A stretch of DNA of 56,494 nt from Candidatus Nomurabacteria bacterium (GTDB lineage Bacteria > Patescibacteriota > Minisyncoccia > Phycocordibacterales > UBA9973). Positions 36,630 through 46,620 of this stretch are shown piece by piece; position 1 is the first letter of the stretch, and the number at the start of each line of letters is the position of its first letter. Below the pieces are notes generated by a model. It had not been told where the DNA came from. It saw nothing but the letters and a program-made list of their open reading frames with translations, and did no database searches. Made by a program: the position numbers and the translations under genes. The stretch spans positions 1 through 56,494 of the forward strand of contig CALRFQ010000003.1 in the NCBI GenBank assembly GCA_943356675.1, written 5' to 3'.

Positions 36630-37316
36630 TTATTTTATTACTGTTCCTTCAAATGCTTCACCATTTAGATACTTCTCAATGTTTGCGAGATTTTTGCCAT
36701 TCATTATAACTACTTCAAGTCCGAGTTCTTCTGCCTCACGAGCCGCAACTGGATCAAAAGGAGCATTTAGTCCTGGGTTCCATTCTTCTGGGAGTATCTT
36801 ACGAAAATCTGCCCAATTACTCTTCTCTATTTTCACGGCATCTGGATATTTGTTTGGGTCCTTATCATAAGCATAATCAATATTTGAAAGATTTATAACC
36901 TTAAGAGCTCCGAGAGATCTCGCTGCATGAATCGCAGCTAAGTCGCTACTGTTGCCTGGCTTCCATCCAGCACTCATTATGACTGGCTTTATTGTATCTG
37001 GCATATCATCTGGATTACGCACCACACTCTCGTAAGCGTACTCTCCAAAAGCTATGCGCACGAATTCTGAATTCGCACGAGTGAGAGAGATACCGAGCCA
37101 ATCTAATTCTGTATTTGTAGTTTCTACGATTTCTTTTATCGCATCTGTATACTTGCGAGAAACTTTACCACCACCAGTAATGATTGCAAATTTAAATCCT
37201 TTTGCAATAATAGTCTTTACCATACCCACAAATGACTGCACGAATTTCGTGTCGATTTCATTTGGCACAATGAGAGATCCGCCGAGAGATATGATGATGT
37301 GCTTGTTGTCTTCCAT
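36630..37316 (-). CDS. pyrH: UMP kinase (archaeal-type short form; start at MEDNKH)
   Basis: ISLGGSL, TGGG, LDWLGI, GWKPGNSSD, NIDYAYDKDP, APFDP. Confidence 0.9.
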   Translation of the reverse strand: MEDNKHIIISLGGSLIVPNEIDTKFVQSFVGMVKTIIAKGFKFAIITGGGKVSRKYTDAIKEIVETTNTELDWLGISLTRANSEFVRIAFGEYAYESVVRNPDDMPDTIKPVIMSAGWKPGNSSDLAAIHAARSLGALKVINLSNIDYAYDKDPNKYPDAVKIEKSNWADFRKILPEEWNPGLNAPFDPVAAREAEELGLEVVIMNGKNLANIEKYLNGEAFEGTVIK

Positions 37317-37317
37317 A

Positions 37318-37911
37318 TTATATTCCAAGTGCTGCCAAAATATCTTTCTGTACAGATTCAATAGATTGCTCACCGTTTATAGTGTGGATAGTGTAGCCAG
37401 CTTTATCTTTAAAATAATTCATTGCTGGAATCACGTTGTTTATATATTCATCGAAACGGTTTGCAATACCCGCATCTGTATCATCTGAACGAGCACGGAG
37501 CTTCATTCTCTTCACTGCTTCTTCTTTCCCCACTTCAATATAGATTATGTGAGTATCGTTTCTTCCATAATAATTCATCGCCTTTTCAAAAGTATCAGAC
37601 TGTGAAAGTGAACGAGGAAAACCATCAGCAATGATGCATGAATCCGCCTGCATATTATTTGTAAGAATAGAAACGAATAAACCGTTTGTAAGGAAATCCG
37701 GTTGGAGCTTCCCCGCTTCTAGGACACCTTTAATGAGTGTGCTTGTGTAATTCCCACTTGCGACGATCTTTCTGTATTCTGATCCAGAAGATGCATGAAC
37801 AACGTTTGATATTAAATCCTTTTCTTTTAAATATTTCTCGAGTAATTCTACCTGTGTTCCCTTACCAGAACCGACAATACCGAAGAAAATAAATGTGTAT
37901 GGTTTAGTCAT
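37318..37911 (-). CDS. adk: Adenylate kinase family NMP kinase
   Basis: GIVGSGKGTQ, DGFPRS, RSDD; directly after secY. Confidence 0.9.
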   Translation of the reverse strand: MTKPYTFIFFGIVGSGKGTQVELLEKYLKEKDLISNVVHASSGSEYRKIVASGNYTSTLIKGVLEAGKLQPDFLTNGLFVSILTNNMQADSCIIADGFPRSLSQSDTFEKAMNYYGRNDTHIIYIEVGKEEAVKRMKLRARSDDTDAGIANRFDEYINNVIPAMNYFKDKAGYTIHTINGEQSIESVQKDILAALGI

Positions 37912-37942
37912 ATTTAGCTATTATACTATAAAATTTGGCATT

Positions 37943-37971
37943 AAAAAACCCCGATACAATCGAGGCTTTTT
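37943..37971 (-). terminator. Terminator after secY
   Basis: Imperfect CCCCGAT/ATCGAGG stem flanked by A and T runs. Confidence 0.55.
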
Positions 37972-39238
37972 AGTATTCTCTCATTGAAAGCTGAGCTTCC
38001 ATTTTCTTTATAAGGTCGAGCACCACAGACACCACAATGAGGAGTGCCGTACCACCGATAGAGAATGATGTGATACCAGTGATTGCTTTCATAACTAGAG
38101 GTAAGACTGCGATGATACCTAGGAATATCGCACCTACGAGTGTAATACGATTTAGGACCATTGATATGTATTCACGAGTAGCTACTCCTGGACGAATACC
38201 TGGGATGAATGCACCACCCTTCTGAAGATTGTCGGCCAATTTCTGTGGGTCGAAAGTGATAGCAGTATAGAAATATGTGAACATAAATACAAATACGAAG
38301 TAAAATGCTGCATAGAGCCAAGTAGTTTGTGAAAACCAGATTAGTCCGTGTGAAATACTAAGTAGCACTCCAGTTGAAGTTGAAAGCAAGTTACCAATTA
38401 ATTGTGGGAACATAAGTATTGAAAGTGCGAAAATGATTGGAATAACCCCAGCTTGGTTCACACGTAGTGGCAAGTAAGTAGAAAGTCCACCTGAAGAATT
38501 GTTGCCATGTAGTTGCTTCGCATATGTGACAGGGATAGGACGCTCTGCTTCAGAGATAGTAACCACACCTGCTATAATAAGAAGACCCATAGCTAAGAAG
38601 AGTATGTATACTGGAAGATTTGCCCAGTCGAATGTGAATAGGAATTGTGAAATGTTTGTAGGAATAGTTGCAACGATACCAGCGAAGATTATGAGTGATA
38701 CTCCGTTACCAATACCGAATTCAGAGATAAGCTCACCGATCCACATAAGAAGCATTGATCCACCTACCACAACTGCGATATTTACAATCATAGCAAATGG
38801 AGTGAGAGTTCCTATTACTCCTTGTCTTGAAAGAAGTGCGATAAGTGAAAGACCTTGCACGATAGCAAGTGGAATTGTGATTATGCGTCCGTACTGAGTG
38901 AACTTCTTGCGTCCGATATCACCATCTTCACTGTACATTTCCTTTAGACGAGGAACCATGATAGTAAGAAGCTGCATGATGATAGATCCAGTAATGTATG
39001 GACCTACACCAAGCATCACGATAGATAGGTGTGAAAGTCCTCCACCTGAAAGCAAGTTTAGAGCACCAAGGAATTGGTTACTACTTATCACTCTCTCAAG
39101 TGCTACAGCATCTACTCCAGGGATAGGAATACTAGCAAGTAAACGGAACACGATAAGCATACCCAAGACAAAAAGTACGCGACTGCGCAATGTTTTGTCT
39201 TTGAAGATCATTGTTATTTTGTTCCAAACAGTTTGCAT
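37970..39238 (-). CDS. secY: Preprotein translocase SecY
   Basis: LGVGPYIT, GIGNGVSLIIF, GVIPIIFA, FIPGIRPG, GGTALLIVV. Confidence 0.97.
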   Translation of the reverse strand: MQTVWNKITMIFKDKTLRSRVLFVLGMLIVFRLLASIPIPGVDAVALERVISSNQFLGALNLLSGGGLSHLSIVMLGVGPYITGSIIMQLLTIMVPRLKEMYSEDGDIGRKKFTQYGRIITIPLAIVQGLSLIALLSRQGVIGTLTPFAMIVNIAVVVGGSMLLMWIGELISEFGIGNGVSLIIFAGIVATIPTNISQFLFTFDWANLPVYILFLAMGLLIIAGVVTISEAERPIPVTYAKQLHGNNSSGGLSTYLPLRVNQAGVIPIIFALSILMFPQLIGNLLSTSTGVLLSISHGLIWFSQTTWLYAAFYFVFVFMFTYFYTAITFDPQKLADNLQKGGAFIPGIRPGVATREYISMVLNRITLVGAIFLGIIAVLPLVMKAITGITSFSIGGTALLIVVSVVLDLIKKMEAQLSMREY

Positions 39239-39250
39239 TATATTTTAGGT

Positions 39251-39679
39251 TTATTTTATTTCACCACCAACTTTCTCAATCTTTGCTTTTGCAGATGCTG
39301 ACACGACACACTTCTCGATAGTTAACTTCTTTGTGATTTCACCTGTTCCTAGGATTTTCATCATAGGGATCTGGCCATCTACTTTGCGCACTAGGTCCAT
39401 AGCAAATAATGATGCTGGAGTAACAACTGCTCCGTTCTCAAATACGTTTAGAGCTCCTACGTTTACCACAGCTGGCTTGTCTACCGTAGAATTGAAACGG
39501 TAACCACGCAATTTAGGAAGCTTCTTGATTATATCACGAAGTTGTGGACGCTTCTTGTGACCTGCACGAGCATTCTGACCTTTTGTACCACGTCCTGAAG
39601 TCTTACCGCGTGTTCCTCCACGTCCGATAGTTTTCTTCTTTTGATTTGGTGTCTTTCTTTTTAGTGTGTTTAATTGCAT
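39251..39679 (-). CDS. rplO: 50S ribosomal protein uL15
   Basis: GRGGTRGKTSGRGTKGQNAR, LPKLRG. Confidence 0.96.
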   Translation of the reverse strand: MQLNTLKRKTPNQKKKTIGRGGTRGKTSGRGTKGQNARAGHKKRPQLRDIIKKLPKLRGYRFNSTVDKPAVVNVGALNVFENGAVVTPASLFAMDLVRKVDGQIPMMKILGTGEITKKLTIEKCVVSASAKAKIEKVGGEIK

Positions 39680-39684
39680 AAAAT

Positions 39685-40302
39685 TTATGAAGCGTTCTCA
39701 GCTGTGTTTAATACGACTTTTGGTGCTACTACATTCTTTGTTTTAAGTTGGTATAAAGCGGCGTATGCTGCACGTGCATTGTTTAGCTTGTTCTTACTTC
39801 CAGAATTTATCTTTGCAGTAACGTTCTTGATACCAGCTAGGATAAGCATATCGCGAACTGTACTTCCTGCTACGAGTCCCTTTCCACGATTTGGCATGAT
39901 TAAAAGACGTGAACTTGCGAATTTTGCAGATACTTCATGAGGAAGTGACATTTCTTTATTTGTCTTTATCTTGAACATGTTCTTCTTTGCAGTGCGGAGA
40001 GCCTTTGCAATAGCAAGTGCTGTGTCTGTACCCTTTCCAGTACCAAGTCCAAGTGAACCCTTCTTGTCGCCAATAGCAAGTGCTACTGCGAAACTCATAC
40101 GACGTCCTCCTGAAACCACACGAGTAACACGGCGGATTGAAACCATTTTCTGATCAAACTCTGGCTTTGGGCGCTCGAAGTTTGAACGTGGGCGACGGTC
40201 GCCTCCTGCTCCTCCGCGAGGTGCACCTGCACCGCCACGTGGATTAGAACCTTTGTATCCTCCTGTACTTCCTGTATTTGTTTTTGGTTTTGTTGTATCC
40301 AT
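39685..40302 (-). CDS. rpsE: 30S ribosomal protein uS5 with Gly/Arg-rich N-terminal extension
   Basis: IRRVTRVVSGGRRMSF, GSKNKLNNARA. Confidence 0.96.
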   Translation of the reverse strand: MDTTKPKTNTGSTGGYKGSNPRGGAGAPRGGAGGDRRPRSNFERPKPEFDQKMVSIRRVTRVVSGGRRMSFAVALAIGDKKGSLGLGTGKGTDTALAIAKALRTAKKNMFKIKTNKEMSLPHEVSAKFASSRLLIMPNRGKGLVAGSTVRDMLILAGIKNVTAKINSGSKNKLNNARAAYAALYQLKTKNVVAPKVVLNTAENAS

Positions 40303-40311
40303 AATATTTTA

Positions 40312-40653
40312 TTAAAATAGTAGACCTCCGACGCGAGCTTCATCAGCGAGTGCCTTTACGCGACCAGTGTATTTAAATCCATTACGATCGAAGACGACAG
40401 TAGTGATTCCCTTTGCTTTTGCAAGCTTAGCAATCTCCTTTCCTACTTCTACACTTCTTTCTGTCTTTGTGCCTTTTGCGATCTTCATATCAGTAGCAGA
40501 AACTAGTGTGACACCTTTAGTATCATCGATAACCTGCGCTGAGATGTATGCATTTGAACGGAATACTGAAAGACGAGGACGGTCGCTAGTACCACTGATC
40601 TTTGCACGAATCTTTGACTTCAATCTTATTCTTTTTTCTTGTTTCTTATTCAT
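40312..40653 (-). CDS. rplR: 50S ribosomal protein uL18
   Basis: [22 protein letters not shown]. Confidence 0.97.
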   Translation of the reverse strand: MNKKQEKRIRLKSKIRAKISGTSDRPRLSVFRSNAYISAQVIDDTKGVTLVSATDMKIAKGTKTERSVEVGKEIAKLAKAKGITTVVFDRNGFKYTGRVKALADEARVGGLLF

Positions 40654-40661
40654 ATAAATTT

Positions 40662-41198
40662 TTATGCAGCTTTCTTACCTTGCTTACGACGAATAACTTC
40701 ATCATCATAGTGGAATCCTTTACCCTTGTATGGTTCTGGCTTTTTCATTGCACGTACTCCGGCTGTGAATTGACCAACCATTTCTTTATCTGTACCTGAT
40801 ACTGTGATTACGTTCTTCTCTGCTGTAACAGTAAGTCCTTCTGGGATATCTACGTTTACTCCGTGTGAGAAACCAAGAGCAAGCTTAAGCACTTTGCCAG
40901 CTACTTCTGATTTGAATCCAACTCCTTCTAGAATGAGCTTCTTTGCGAAACCTTCGTTTACGCCCTTAATCATGTTCTTGATGTGAGATGCATATGTACC
41001 CCATAGAGCATTAAGAGTGCGGTCGCCTTCATGATTTGGAGTAAGTGTTACGTTACCTTCGTTTACATGGATTGTGATGTCTCCAGGGAAATTGCGAGTA
41101 AGTGAACCCTTTGGTCCTTTTGCAGTGAAAGTACTGTCAGTAAGCTTTACTTCTGTTCCTTTTGTGATTTCGATTGTTTGTTTTCCTACGCGTGACAT
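40662..41198 (-). CDS. rplF: 50S ribosomal protein uL6
   Basis: [18 protein letters not shown]. Confidence 0.97.
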   Translation of the reverse strand: MSRVGKQTIEITKGTEVKLTDSTFTAKGPKGSLTRNFPGDITIHVNEGNVTLTPNHEGDRTLNALWGTYASHIKNMIKGVNEGFAKKLILEGVGFKSEVAGKVLKLALGFSHGVNVDIPEGLTVTAEKNVITVSGTDKEMVGQFTAGVRAMKKPEPYKGKGFHYDDEVIRRKQGKKAA

Positions 41199-41211
41199 AA
41201 AATAATTCGTA

Positions 41212-41598
41212 TTACCACATTTTAAATAGCACTTCCCCGCCGACCATTTCCTTGCGAGCTTGCTTATCAGTTAATATTCCTTTTGGTGTTGTAAGAACCA
41301 TGATTCCGTGACCGTGGCGTACTGGACGAATGTCCTTCACACTACTGTAAATACGGCATGATGACTTTGAAATACGGTCTACTCCTGTAACCTTTGGTGC
41401 TCCATCTACATACGTTAGACCAAGTTCAAGAACTGGAAAGGTCTTCTTCATTTTCTTTGTAGCAGCTTTAATGTATCCTTCACGAACTAGACAGTCCGCG
41501 ATAGCGTGCTTAATCTTTGAATAAGGAACTACCACTACCTCGTGCTCTGCACGGTTGGCGTTCTTTATCATATTTATCATGTTTGCGATTTGGTCCAT
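41212..41598 (-). CDS. rpsH: 30S ribosomal protein uS8
   Basis: DQIANMINMIKNA, TTPKGILT, GGEVL. Confidence 0.96.
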   Translation of the reverse strand: MDQIANMINMIKNANRAEHEVVVVPYSKIKHAIADCLVREGYIKAATKKMKKTFPVLELGLTYVDGAPKVTGVDRISKSSCRIYSSVKDIRPVRHGHGIMVLTTPKGILTDKQARKEMVGGEVLFKMW

Positions 41599-41613
41599 AT
41601 ATTTTAAATTAAA

Positions 41614-41799
41614 TTACCATGAAGACTTGCGAACTCCAGGAAGCATTCCCTCGTTTGCTAATTCTCGGAAGCATATACGACATAGTCCGAAATCTCTCAT
41701 GAATGCATGACCGCGACCACAACGAAAACAACGATTTGTTTCTCGTGTGCTAAATTTACTCTTCTTGTGATGTCTAGCTAATACTGATGTTTTTGCCAT
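41614..41799 (-). CDS. rpsZ: 30S ribosomal protein uS14, Zn-binding type Z
   Basis: 61 aa, RCFRCGR...LCRICFRE. Confidence 0.96.
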   Translation of the reverse strand: MAKTSVLARHHKKSKFSTRETNRCFRCGRGHAFMRDFGLCRICFRELANEGMLPGVRKSSW

Positions 41800-41834
41800 A
41801 TATAAAATTAATAAGAGCTTTAAGTTAGCTCTGT

Positions 41835-41918
41835 TTCGTTTCTGGAGATATCATGTGTATTTTCTTAAATCTTGACCATCAAGGCTTAAGGAGAAACACA
41901 GATCATTCCAAAACCGAA
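41835..41918 (-). promoter_or_regulatory. Long hairpin 5' leader of rpsZ-rpsH unit (candidate S8 autoregulatory site)
   Basis: TTCGGTTTTGGA/TCCAGAAACGAA, GATC/GATATC, TGTGT/ACACA, CTTGA/TCAAG pairings. Confidence 0.5.
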
Positions 41919-41925
41919 CTCCCTT

Positions 41926-41954
41926 ATCCTAGCAGAAAGCTCCTGTAAAGTCAA
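41926..41954 (-). promoter_or_regulatory. Sigma70 promoter TTGACT-N17-TAGGAT (TG extended)
   Basis: Near-consensus; restarts transcription after the inserted gene. Confidence 0.7.
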
Positions 41955-42038
41955 CTATCCTATTACTCAATATAATACAAATTGCCATATGGCTTTTTAT
42001 ATGATAGAGTGGTAACAACTTAATAATCCATTTACATC

Positions 42039-42428
42039 ATGAAAACACGCGTTCTTTATCAAAGAGAAAAGTCTTTTGTACTCATTGTTGCAATTCTAAT
42101 GATCTCCCTTCTTTACGGAACAGAGAAACCTCAATTCTTTTTTGGAATATTAGCCTGTGTGTTGGGGTTAATATACATTAAAATTTCAGAACGAAGAAAG
42201 GCAAAAAAAATTGAAATTGATGCCATTGTAAAACATAGCATTGAAATCAAAAAAAACAATTGTTGTGAGGTTCACATCTATAAAGATGGGGGCAAAAAAA
42301 GTACACATTTAATTGAGGTCTTCCTTGATCACAAGGAAACCATAGATACGTGGTTGGGAGTGAAAACAATAGCCAGTATTTTTAAAAAAACTGGCATTAA
42401 GTTCACACTACCCCCTATTAATACGTAG
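42039..42428 (+). CDS. Hypothetical membrane protein inserted between rplE and rpsZ
   Basis: Two hydrophobic segments plus a soluble tail; opposite strand to the operon. Confidence 0.65.
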   Translation: MKTRVLYQREKSFVLIVAILMISLLYGTEKPQFFFGILACVLGLIYIKISERRKAKKIEIDAIVKHSIEIKKNNCCEVHIYKDGGKKSTHLIEVFLDHKETIDTWLGVKTIASIFKKTGIKFTLPPINT

Positions 42429-42443
42429 CTAGTGTTTTAAAAC

Positions 42444-42480
42444 AAAAAAACCTCTGCAATATCTTTACAGAGGCTTTTTT
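42444..42480. terminator. Bidirectional terminator (rplE / inserted gene)
   Basis: AAAAAAA-CCTCTG...CAGAGG-CTTTTTT. Confidence 0.75.
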
Positions 42481-42489
42481 ATATAAAAT

Positions 42490-43029
42490 TTATTTCTTAA
42501 ATGGGATACCGATGAGTCTGAAAAATTGTGTTGCTTCTTTCTTTGTCTTCGCTGTAGTTACGAGTGTAACTGCCATTCCGAACACATCCTTTAATTCTTC
42601 ATCACCTGTCTCTGGGAAGATTGTGTGCTCTTTGATACTCATTGTAAGGTTACCGATATTGTCCACGATCTTTGTCTCCATACCACGGAAGTCTTTTGTA
42701 CGAGGGATAGCTACGTTTATGAGCTTGTCTAGGAAAGTGTACATACGAGCACCACGAAGTGTCACAAGTACTCCGATAGGATCACCTTCACGCACTTTGA
42801 AACTTGCAACTGATTTCTTGGCACCGCGAGTAGCTGGCTTCTGGCCAGTAATCTTTGCTAAGCGTCCTAATATAAAATCATTACGGTTCTTATCACGCTT
42901 TACTTGTGATCCAGTACCTACAGCAACAACAACTTTCACCATACGTGGTGCAGCCATCTTGCTCTTGTAACCAAATTCTTTCGAAAGTGTTGCAAATGCT
43001 TTATTCTCTTTTTGTTTTACTGTTTCCAT
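42490..43029 (-). CDS. rplE: 50S ribosomal protein uL5
   Basis: ITGQKP, FKVREG, VTLRG, PRTKDFRG. Confidence 0.97.
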   Translation of the reverse strand: METVKQKENKAFATLSKEFGYKSKMAAPRMVKVVVAVGTGSQVKRDKNRNDFILGRLAKITGQKPATRGAKKSVASFKVREGDPIGVLVTLRGARMYTFLDKLINVAIPRTKDFRGMETKIVDNIGNLTMSIKEHTIFPETGDEELKDVFGMAVTLVTTAKTKKEATQFFRLIGIPFKK

Positions 43030-43036
43030 ATAATAA

Positions 43037-43252
43037 TTATTTCTTAGCTACGTTTGATACATTGATAGGCATAGCGATTGCTACAACTTGACCAGACTCA
43101 TTCTTTCTGCGAGCTTTCATACTCTTCTTCTTCATGTTTACACCTTCCACTACTACCTTGTTCTCCTTTGGAAGTGCTTTCAGAACTGTACCCTTTTTGC
43201 CCTTGTCAGAACCAGTTAGTATTATTACGTTGTCTCCTTTTTTGATATTCAT
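43037..43252 (-). CDS. rplX: 50S ribosomal protein uL24 (short, 71 aa)
   Basis: KKGDNVIILTGSDKGKKG, VVEGVN, SNV. Confidence 0.95.
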   Translation of the reverse strand: MNIKKGDNVIILTGSDKGKKGTVLKALPKENKVVVEGVNMKKKSMKARRKNESGQVVAIAMPINVSNVAKK

Positions 43253-43266
43253 AAAATTTATTTCGG

Positions 43267-43638
43267 TTAGATAACCTCAGGTGCTAATGAAATAATCTTC
43301 TGGTAGCCACGCTCTGCAAGCTCACGTGGAATAGGACCGAATACACGTCCACCCTTTGGATCCTGCTTGTCCTTTTCTAGAATTACTACTGCATTGTCAT
43401 CGAAGCGAATGTATGAACCATCCCCGCGGCGGTATGCCTTTACAGTACGTACTACTACAGCTTGGTGCACATCCTTCTTCTTCACACCTTTACGAGGTTC
43501 AGCAATTTTCACAGAGATAATAACCTTATCTCCGATACCAGCATAGCGACGCTTAGATGATCCAAGCACCTTGAAAACCTTTCCGACTTTACCGCCGGCG
43601 TTATCTGTGATTTTTACTACTGTTCCGTCTTGTATCAT
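43267..43638 (-). CDS. rplN: 50S ribosomal protein uL14
   Basis: DNAGG, IRFDDNA, RVFGPIPREL, SLAPEVI. Confidence 0.97.
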   Translation of the reverse strand: MIQDGTVVKITDNAGGKVGKVFKVLGSSKRRYAGIGDKVIISVKIAEPRKGVKKKDVHQAVVVRTVKAYRRGDGSYIRFDDNAVVILEKDKQDPKGGRVFGPIPRELAERGYQKIISLAPEVI

Positions 43639-43648
43639 ATAATTATAA

Positions 43649-43894
43649 TTATGCTACTACCTTAAAATGCTTATCTTTAGAAATTGGCTTTGTTTCCTCA
43701 ATCTCTACAGTATCTCCGACTTTCTTACTGTTTGTCTCATCATGAGCTTTGTACTTCTTACTGATTTTGATTCTCTTCTTGTACTTCTTGTGCTCAACGA
43801 AGCGAGTAACTGCGACGACTACTGTCTTGTCCATCTTGTCAGATACTACTTTTCCTTTGAGAGTTGTCTTTGTTTTTGTAATTGTTTTTTCCAT
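43649..43894 (-). CDS. rpsQ: 30S ribosomal protein uS17
   Basis: [25 protein letters not shown]. Confidence 0.97.
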   Translation of the reverse strand: MEKTITKTKTTLKGKVVSDKMDKTVVVAVTRFVEHKKYKKRIKISKKYKAHDETNSKKVGDTVEIEETKPISKDKHFKVVA

Positions 43895-43898
43895 ATAA

Positions 43899-44315
43899 TT
43901 ATCGTGCTACCACGCGAGTTGTTATTGGTAATTTAGTACCAGCCTTGCGAAGTGCTTCCTTAGCTATTGCTTCAGGCACACCATCTACTTCGAAGATTAT
44001 ACGTCCTGGGAAAACCTGGAAGCAGTAACCCTGTGGATCTCCCTTTCCCTTTCCCATTCCCACCTCTGCAGCTTTCGCTGTGAAAGGTCTGTCAGGGAAA
44101 ATACGAATCCATAGTCTTCCTGTCTTGCCGATTGTTCTTGAAAGAACCTTACGAGCTGATTCAAGCTGGTTTGACTTCACGCGCTCTGCTGAAGTTGCCT
44201 TTAGTCCGTATGAACCAAATGAAACCTTTGCACCACGAGTGTCTACGAGTCCTCTCTTAGGATTCTGACGATCTGTCTGCCACTTTCGGTATTTAACTTT
44301 TTTTGGTAGTAACAT
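43899..44315 (-). CDS. rplP: 50S ribosomal protein uL16
   Basis: [24 protein letters not shown]. Confidence 0.97.
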   Translation of the reverse strand: MLLPKKVKYRKWQTDRQNPKRGLVDTRGAKVSFGSYGLKATSAERVKSNQLESARKVLSRTIGKTGRLWIRIFPDRPFTAKAAEVGMGKGKGDPQGYCFQVFPGRIIFEVDGVPEAIAKEALRKAGTKLPITTRVVAR

Positions 44316-44320
44316 AAAAT

Positions 44321-44986
44321 TTATTTAGCTTTAACATCATTAAAAACTTCTCCACGATATATCCATACCTTGATACCGATATCTCCGTATGTCATATGTG
44401 CTTTCTCACGTGCGTAATCCACATCTGCGCGGAATGTCTGAAGTGGGATTGAGCCACGCTTGATTTGCTCAGAACGTGCGATTTCAGCACCACCCAAACG
44501 TCCACCGATATAAATACGAACTCCTTTTACTCCACGAGCCATGATTGCCTTCTCTACCATTTGCTTAAGCACACGGCGGTATGGCAAACGCTTCTCAAGA
44601 CCTTCTGCAATAGCGTATGCTACGATAGCAGCATCTGCATCTGGGTTTGTAACCTCTACGATATCAAATTTCAAATCTTCTGGAATTGCAACATCTGCTT
44701 TCTTCATCTTAGTAACTACTTCAGCCTTAAGCTTAGTAGCACCATCTCCACCACGGCCGATGATCATACCTGGGCGTGATGTGTGAACTAGGATCTTTGT
44801 AGCTTTTGCACTTCTCTCGATTTCAACGCGAGAAATATAAAAACCACGAAGTTTCTTTGTAAGGAATTCACGGATAATAACATCACTCTTTAGTAAGTTC
44901 TTGTAGTTCTTATCAGCAAACCAGCGACTCTTCCAATCGCGGAGTGTTACTAATCTATGTGCATATGGGTGTACGTTTTTTGACAT
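44321..44986 (-). CDS. rpsC: 30S ribosomal protein uS3
   Basis: VHP, RPGMIIGRGG, GRLGGAEIAR, PLQTFRAD, IGIKVWIY. Confidence 0.97.
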   Translation of the reverse strand: MSKNVHPYAHRLVTLRDWKSRWFADKNYKNLLKSDVIIREFLTKKLRGFYISRVEIERSAKATKILVHTSRPGMIIGRGGDGATKLKAEVVTKMKKADVAIPEDLKFDIVEVTNPDADAAIVAYAIAEGLEKRLPYRRVLKQMVEKAIMARGVKGVRIYIGGRLGGAEIARSEQIKRGSIPLQTFRADVDYAREKAHMTYGDIGIKVWIYRGEVFNDVKAK

Positions 44987-44990
44987 AAAA

Positions 44991-45401
44991 TTATTCTTTT
45001 TCTGCTACTACTTTCTTTGCCTTAGCTACAGTCTTCTTTGCTGCCGCTGCTGGCTTTGCTTTTTTCTCGACTAGTTTCTCTATTAAAGTAAGTGTAACGT
45101 GACTTGTGCGCTTGTTGATGCGTGATGCAGAACCACGAGCTCTTGGCATGAATCTCTTCATAACTAGACCCTTGTTTACAGTTACATTACTTACCACCAA
45201 GTTGTCGATATTTGTGATGCCGTTATTTGCTTTTGCGTTGGCTACTGCAGAATCAAGTAGAGTCTCTATAGGGAAAGCAGCGCGCTTTGGGAGTGCGTTT
45301 AATTCTGTCTTAGCATTTACTACAGTCTTGCCTTTAATGAGGTCAGCAACTAGGCGAACTTTACGAGGAGACTGTCTGTAGTTTTTTAGTATAGCTTTCA
45401 T
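44991..45401 (-). CDS. rplV: 50S ribosomal protein uL22 with Lys/Ala-rich C-tail
   Basis: RQSPRKVRLVAD, SAVANA, PRARG. Confidence 0.97.
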   Translation of the reverse strand: MKAILKNYRQSPRKVRLVADLIKGKTVVNAKTELNALPKRAAFPIETLLDSAVANAKANNGITNIDNLVVSNVTVNKGLVMKRFMPRARGSASRINKRTSHVTLTLIEKLVEKKAKPAAAAKKTVAKAKKVVAEKE

Positions 45402-45403
45402 AA

Positions 45404-45742
45404 TTATTTCTTAGTATCAGCAGGCTTAGCGGCTTTAGCAGCAGAGATTTCAGCTTCTTTCTTCTTAAGCTCAAGCTCCTTCTGCATCTTACCTCCGTGG
45501 CGTACGAACTTACGAGTAAGAGAAAATTCTCCAAGACGGTGACCAACCATATCTTCAGTAACTAATACTTCTACGTGTGTTTTACCATTGTGCACGCCAA
45601 ACATGAACCCTACCATTTCTGGAGAGATCTGACATGCGCGTGACCATGTCTTTATCATACCTGTTTCAATAGGTTTTTTACCGGCTATCTTTTTAAGTAG
45701 TCGTTCGTCAACGTATGGGCCTTTTTTAAGTGATCTTGTCAT
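45404..45742 (-). CDS. rpsS: 30S ribosomal protein uS19
   Basis: [25 protein letters not shown]. Confidence 0.97.
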   Translation of the reverse strand: MTRSLKKGPYVDERLLKKIAGKKPIETGMIKTWSRACQISPEMVGFMFGVHNGKTHVEVLVTEDMVGHRLGEFSLTRKFVRHGGKMQKELELKKKEAEISAAKAAKPADTKK

Positions 45743-45839
45743 ACAATATATAAAATAAGCTCTAACTGAGCTTGCTTGAACTATCTTATACTAAACTTAA
45801 AGAATAGTCAACACTTAAAAGATGCTATATAATATACCT

Positions 45840-46598
45840 ATGAAAAACGGCGAAATTAATGCATTTTTAGAGGGCAATAATATGGACCCTATCGAAATAC
45901 TAAAAAAGGTGGAAGGATATTATGAATGCCCGAAAGATAGTGATGGGAATCGCCTTGGTAAGCTCGTGGGCTATGCAGGAAAGTATGAAGATAGTGATGG
46001 AAATAAAAAACAATATGTCGGTGATGTGTATATAAACTTCTCGAGGGCAGAGCAGTACCCTACTCTCATGGAGCACTTCATGAAAATATTGAAAAAAAGA
46101 ATTGAAGAAGAAAATTTAATTGAAAACTTTGATATAGTTTGCGGACCGCAAATGGGTGGCGTGGTTGCAGCCGCAATCTTTGCACTTGTAGCAAACAAAA
46201 GATACATCTGCGCTGAGAAAAAAATCATAACACTCGCTACAGATACAATGCGTGAGCAAAGTAAATTAATCTTCGGACGCCACACATTAAATAGTGGAGA
46301 CAAAGTAGTGATAATGGAAGATGTGCTGAACAACTTCTCAACCACAAAAGAAACAATTGATTTGATTGAGGAGAATGGCGGAACAGTGGTAGGTATTATC
46401 GGAATGCTAAATCGCTCACCTATTAAGTCTGACTTTTATGATTACAAGGGTGCAAACGCTCGCCAAATCCCAATAATATCCTTTATTCGTAAGGATATTC
46501 TGGAATACAAACAAGACGACCTATTTGTGAAAATAGATATCGAAAAAGGAAATGTATCTTGGAAGCCTAAGAATGAGTGGAGTACACTTATTAAATAG
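45840..46598 (+). CDS. Type I phosphoribosyltransferase (PyrE-like)
   Basis: CGPQMGG, PRPP-binding loop VVIMEDVLNNFSTT; -10 box 6 nt upstream of ATG 45840. Confidence 0.75.
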   Translation: MKNGEINAFLEGNNMDPIEILKKVEGYYECPKDSDGNRLGKLVGYAGKYEDSDGNKKQYVGDVYINFSRAEQYPTLMEHFMKILKKRIEEENLIENFDIVCGPQMGGVVAAAIFALVANKRYICAEKKIITLATDTMREQSKLIFGRHTLNSGDKVVIMEDVLNNFSTTKETIDLIEENGGTVVGIIGMLNRSPIKSDFYDYKGANARQIPIISFIRKDILEYKQDDLFVKIDIEKGNVSWKPKNEWSTLIK

Positions 46599-46620
46599 TC
46601 ACGCCTCACCTTCACTCAAA

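Noticed and set aside
37317-37373. pyrH extension overlapping adk
   Set aside because: The TAA-T-ATG coupling at 37316-37320 gives the natural start.
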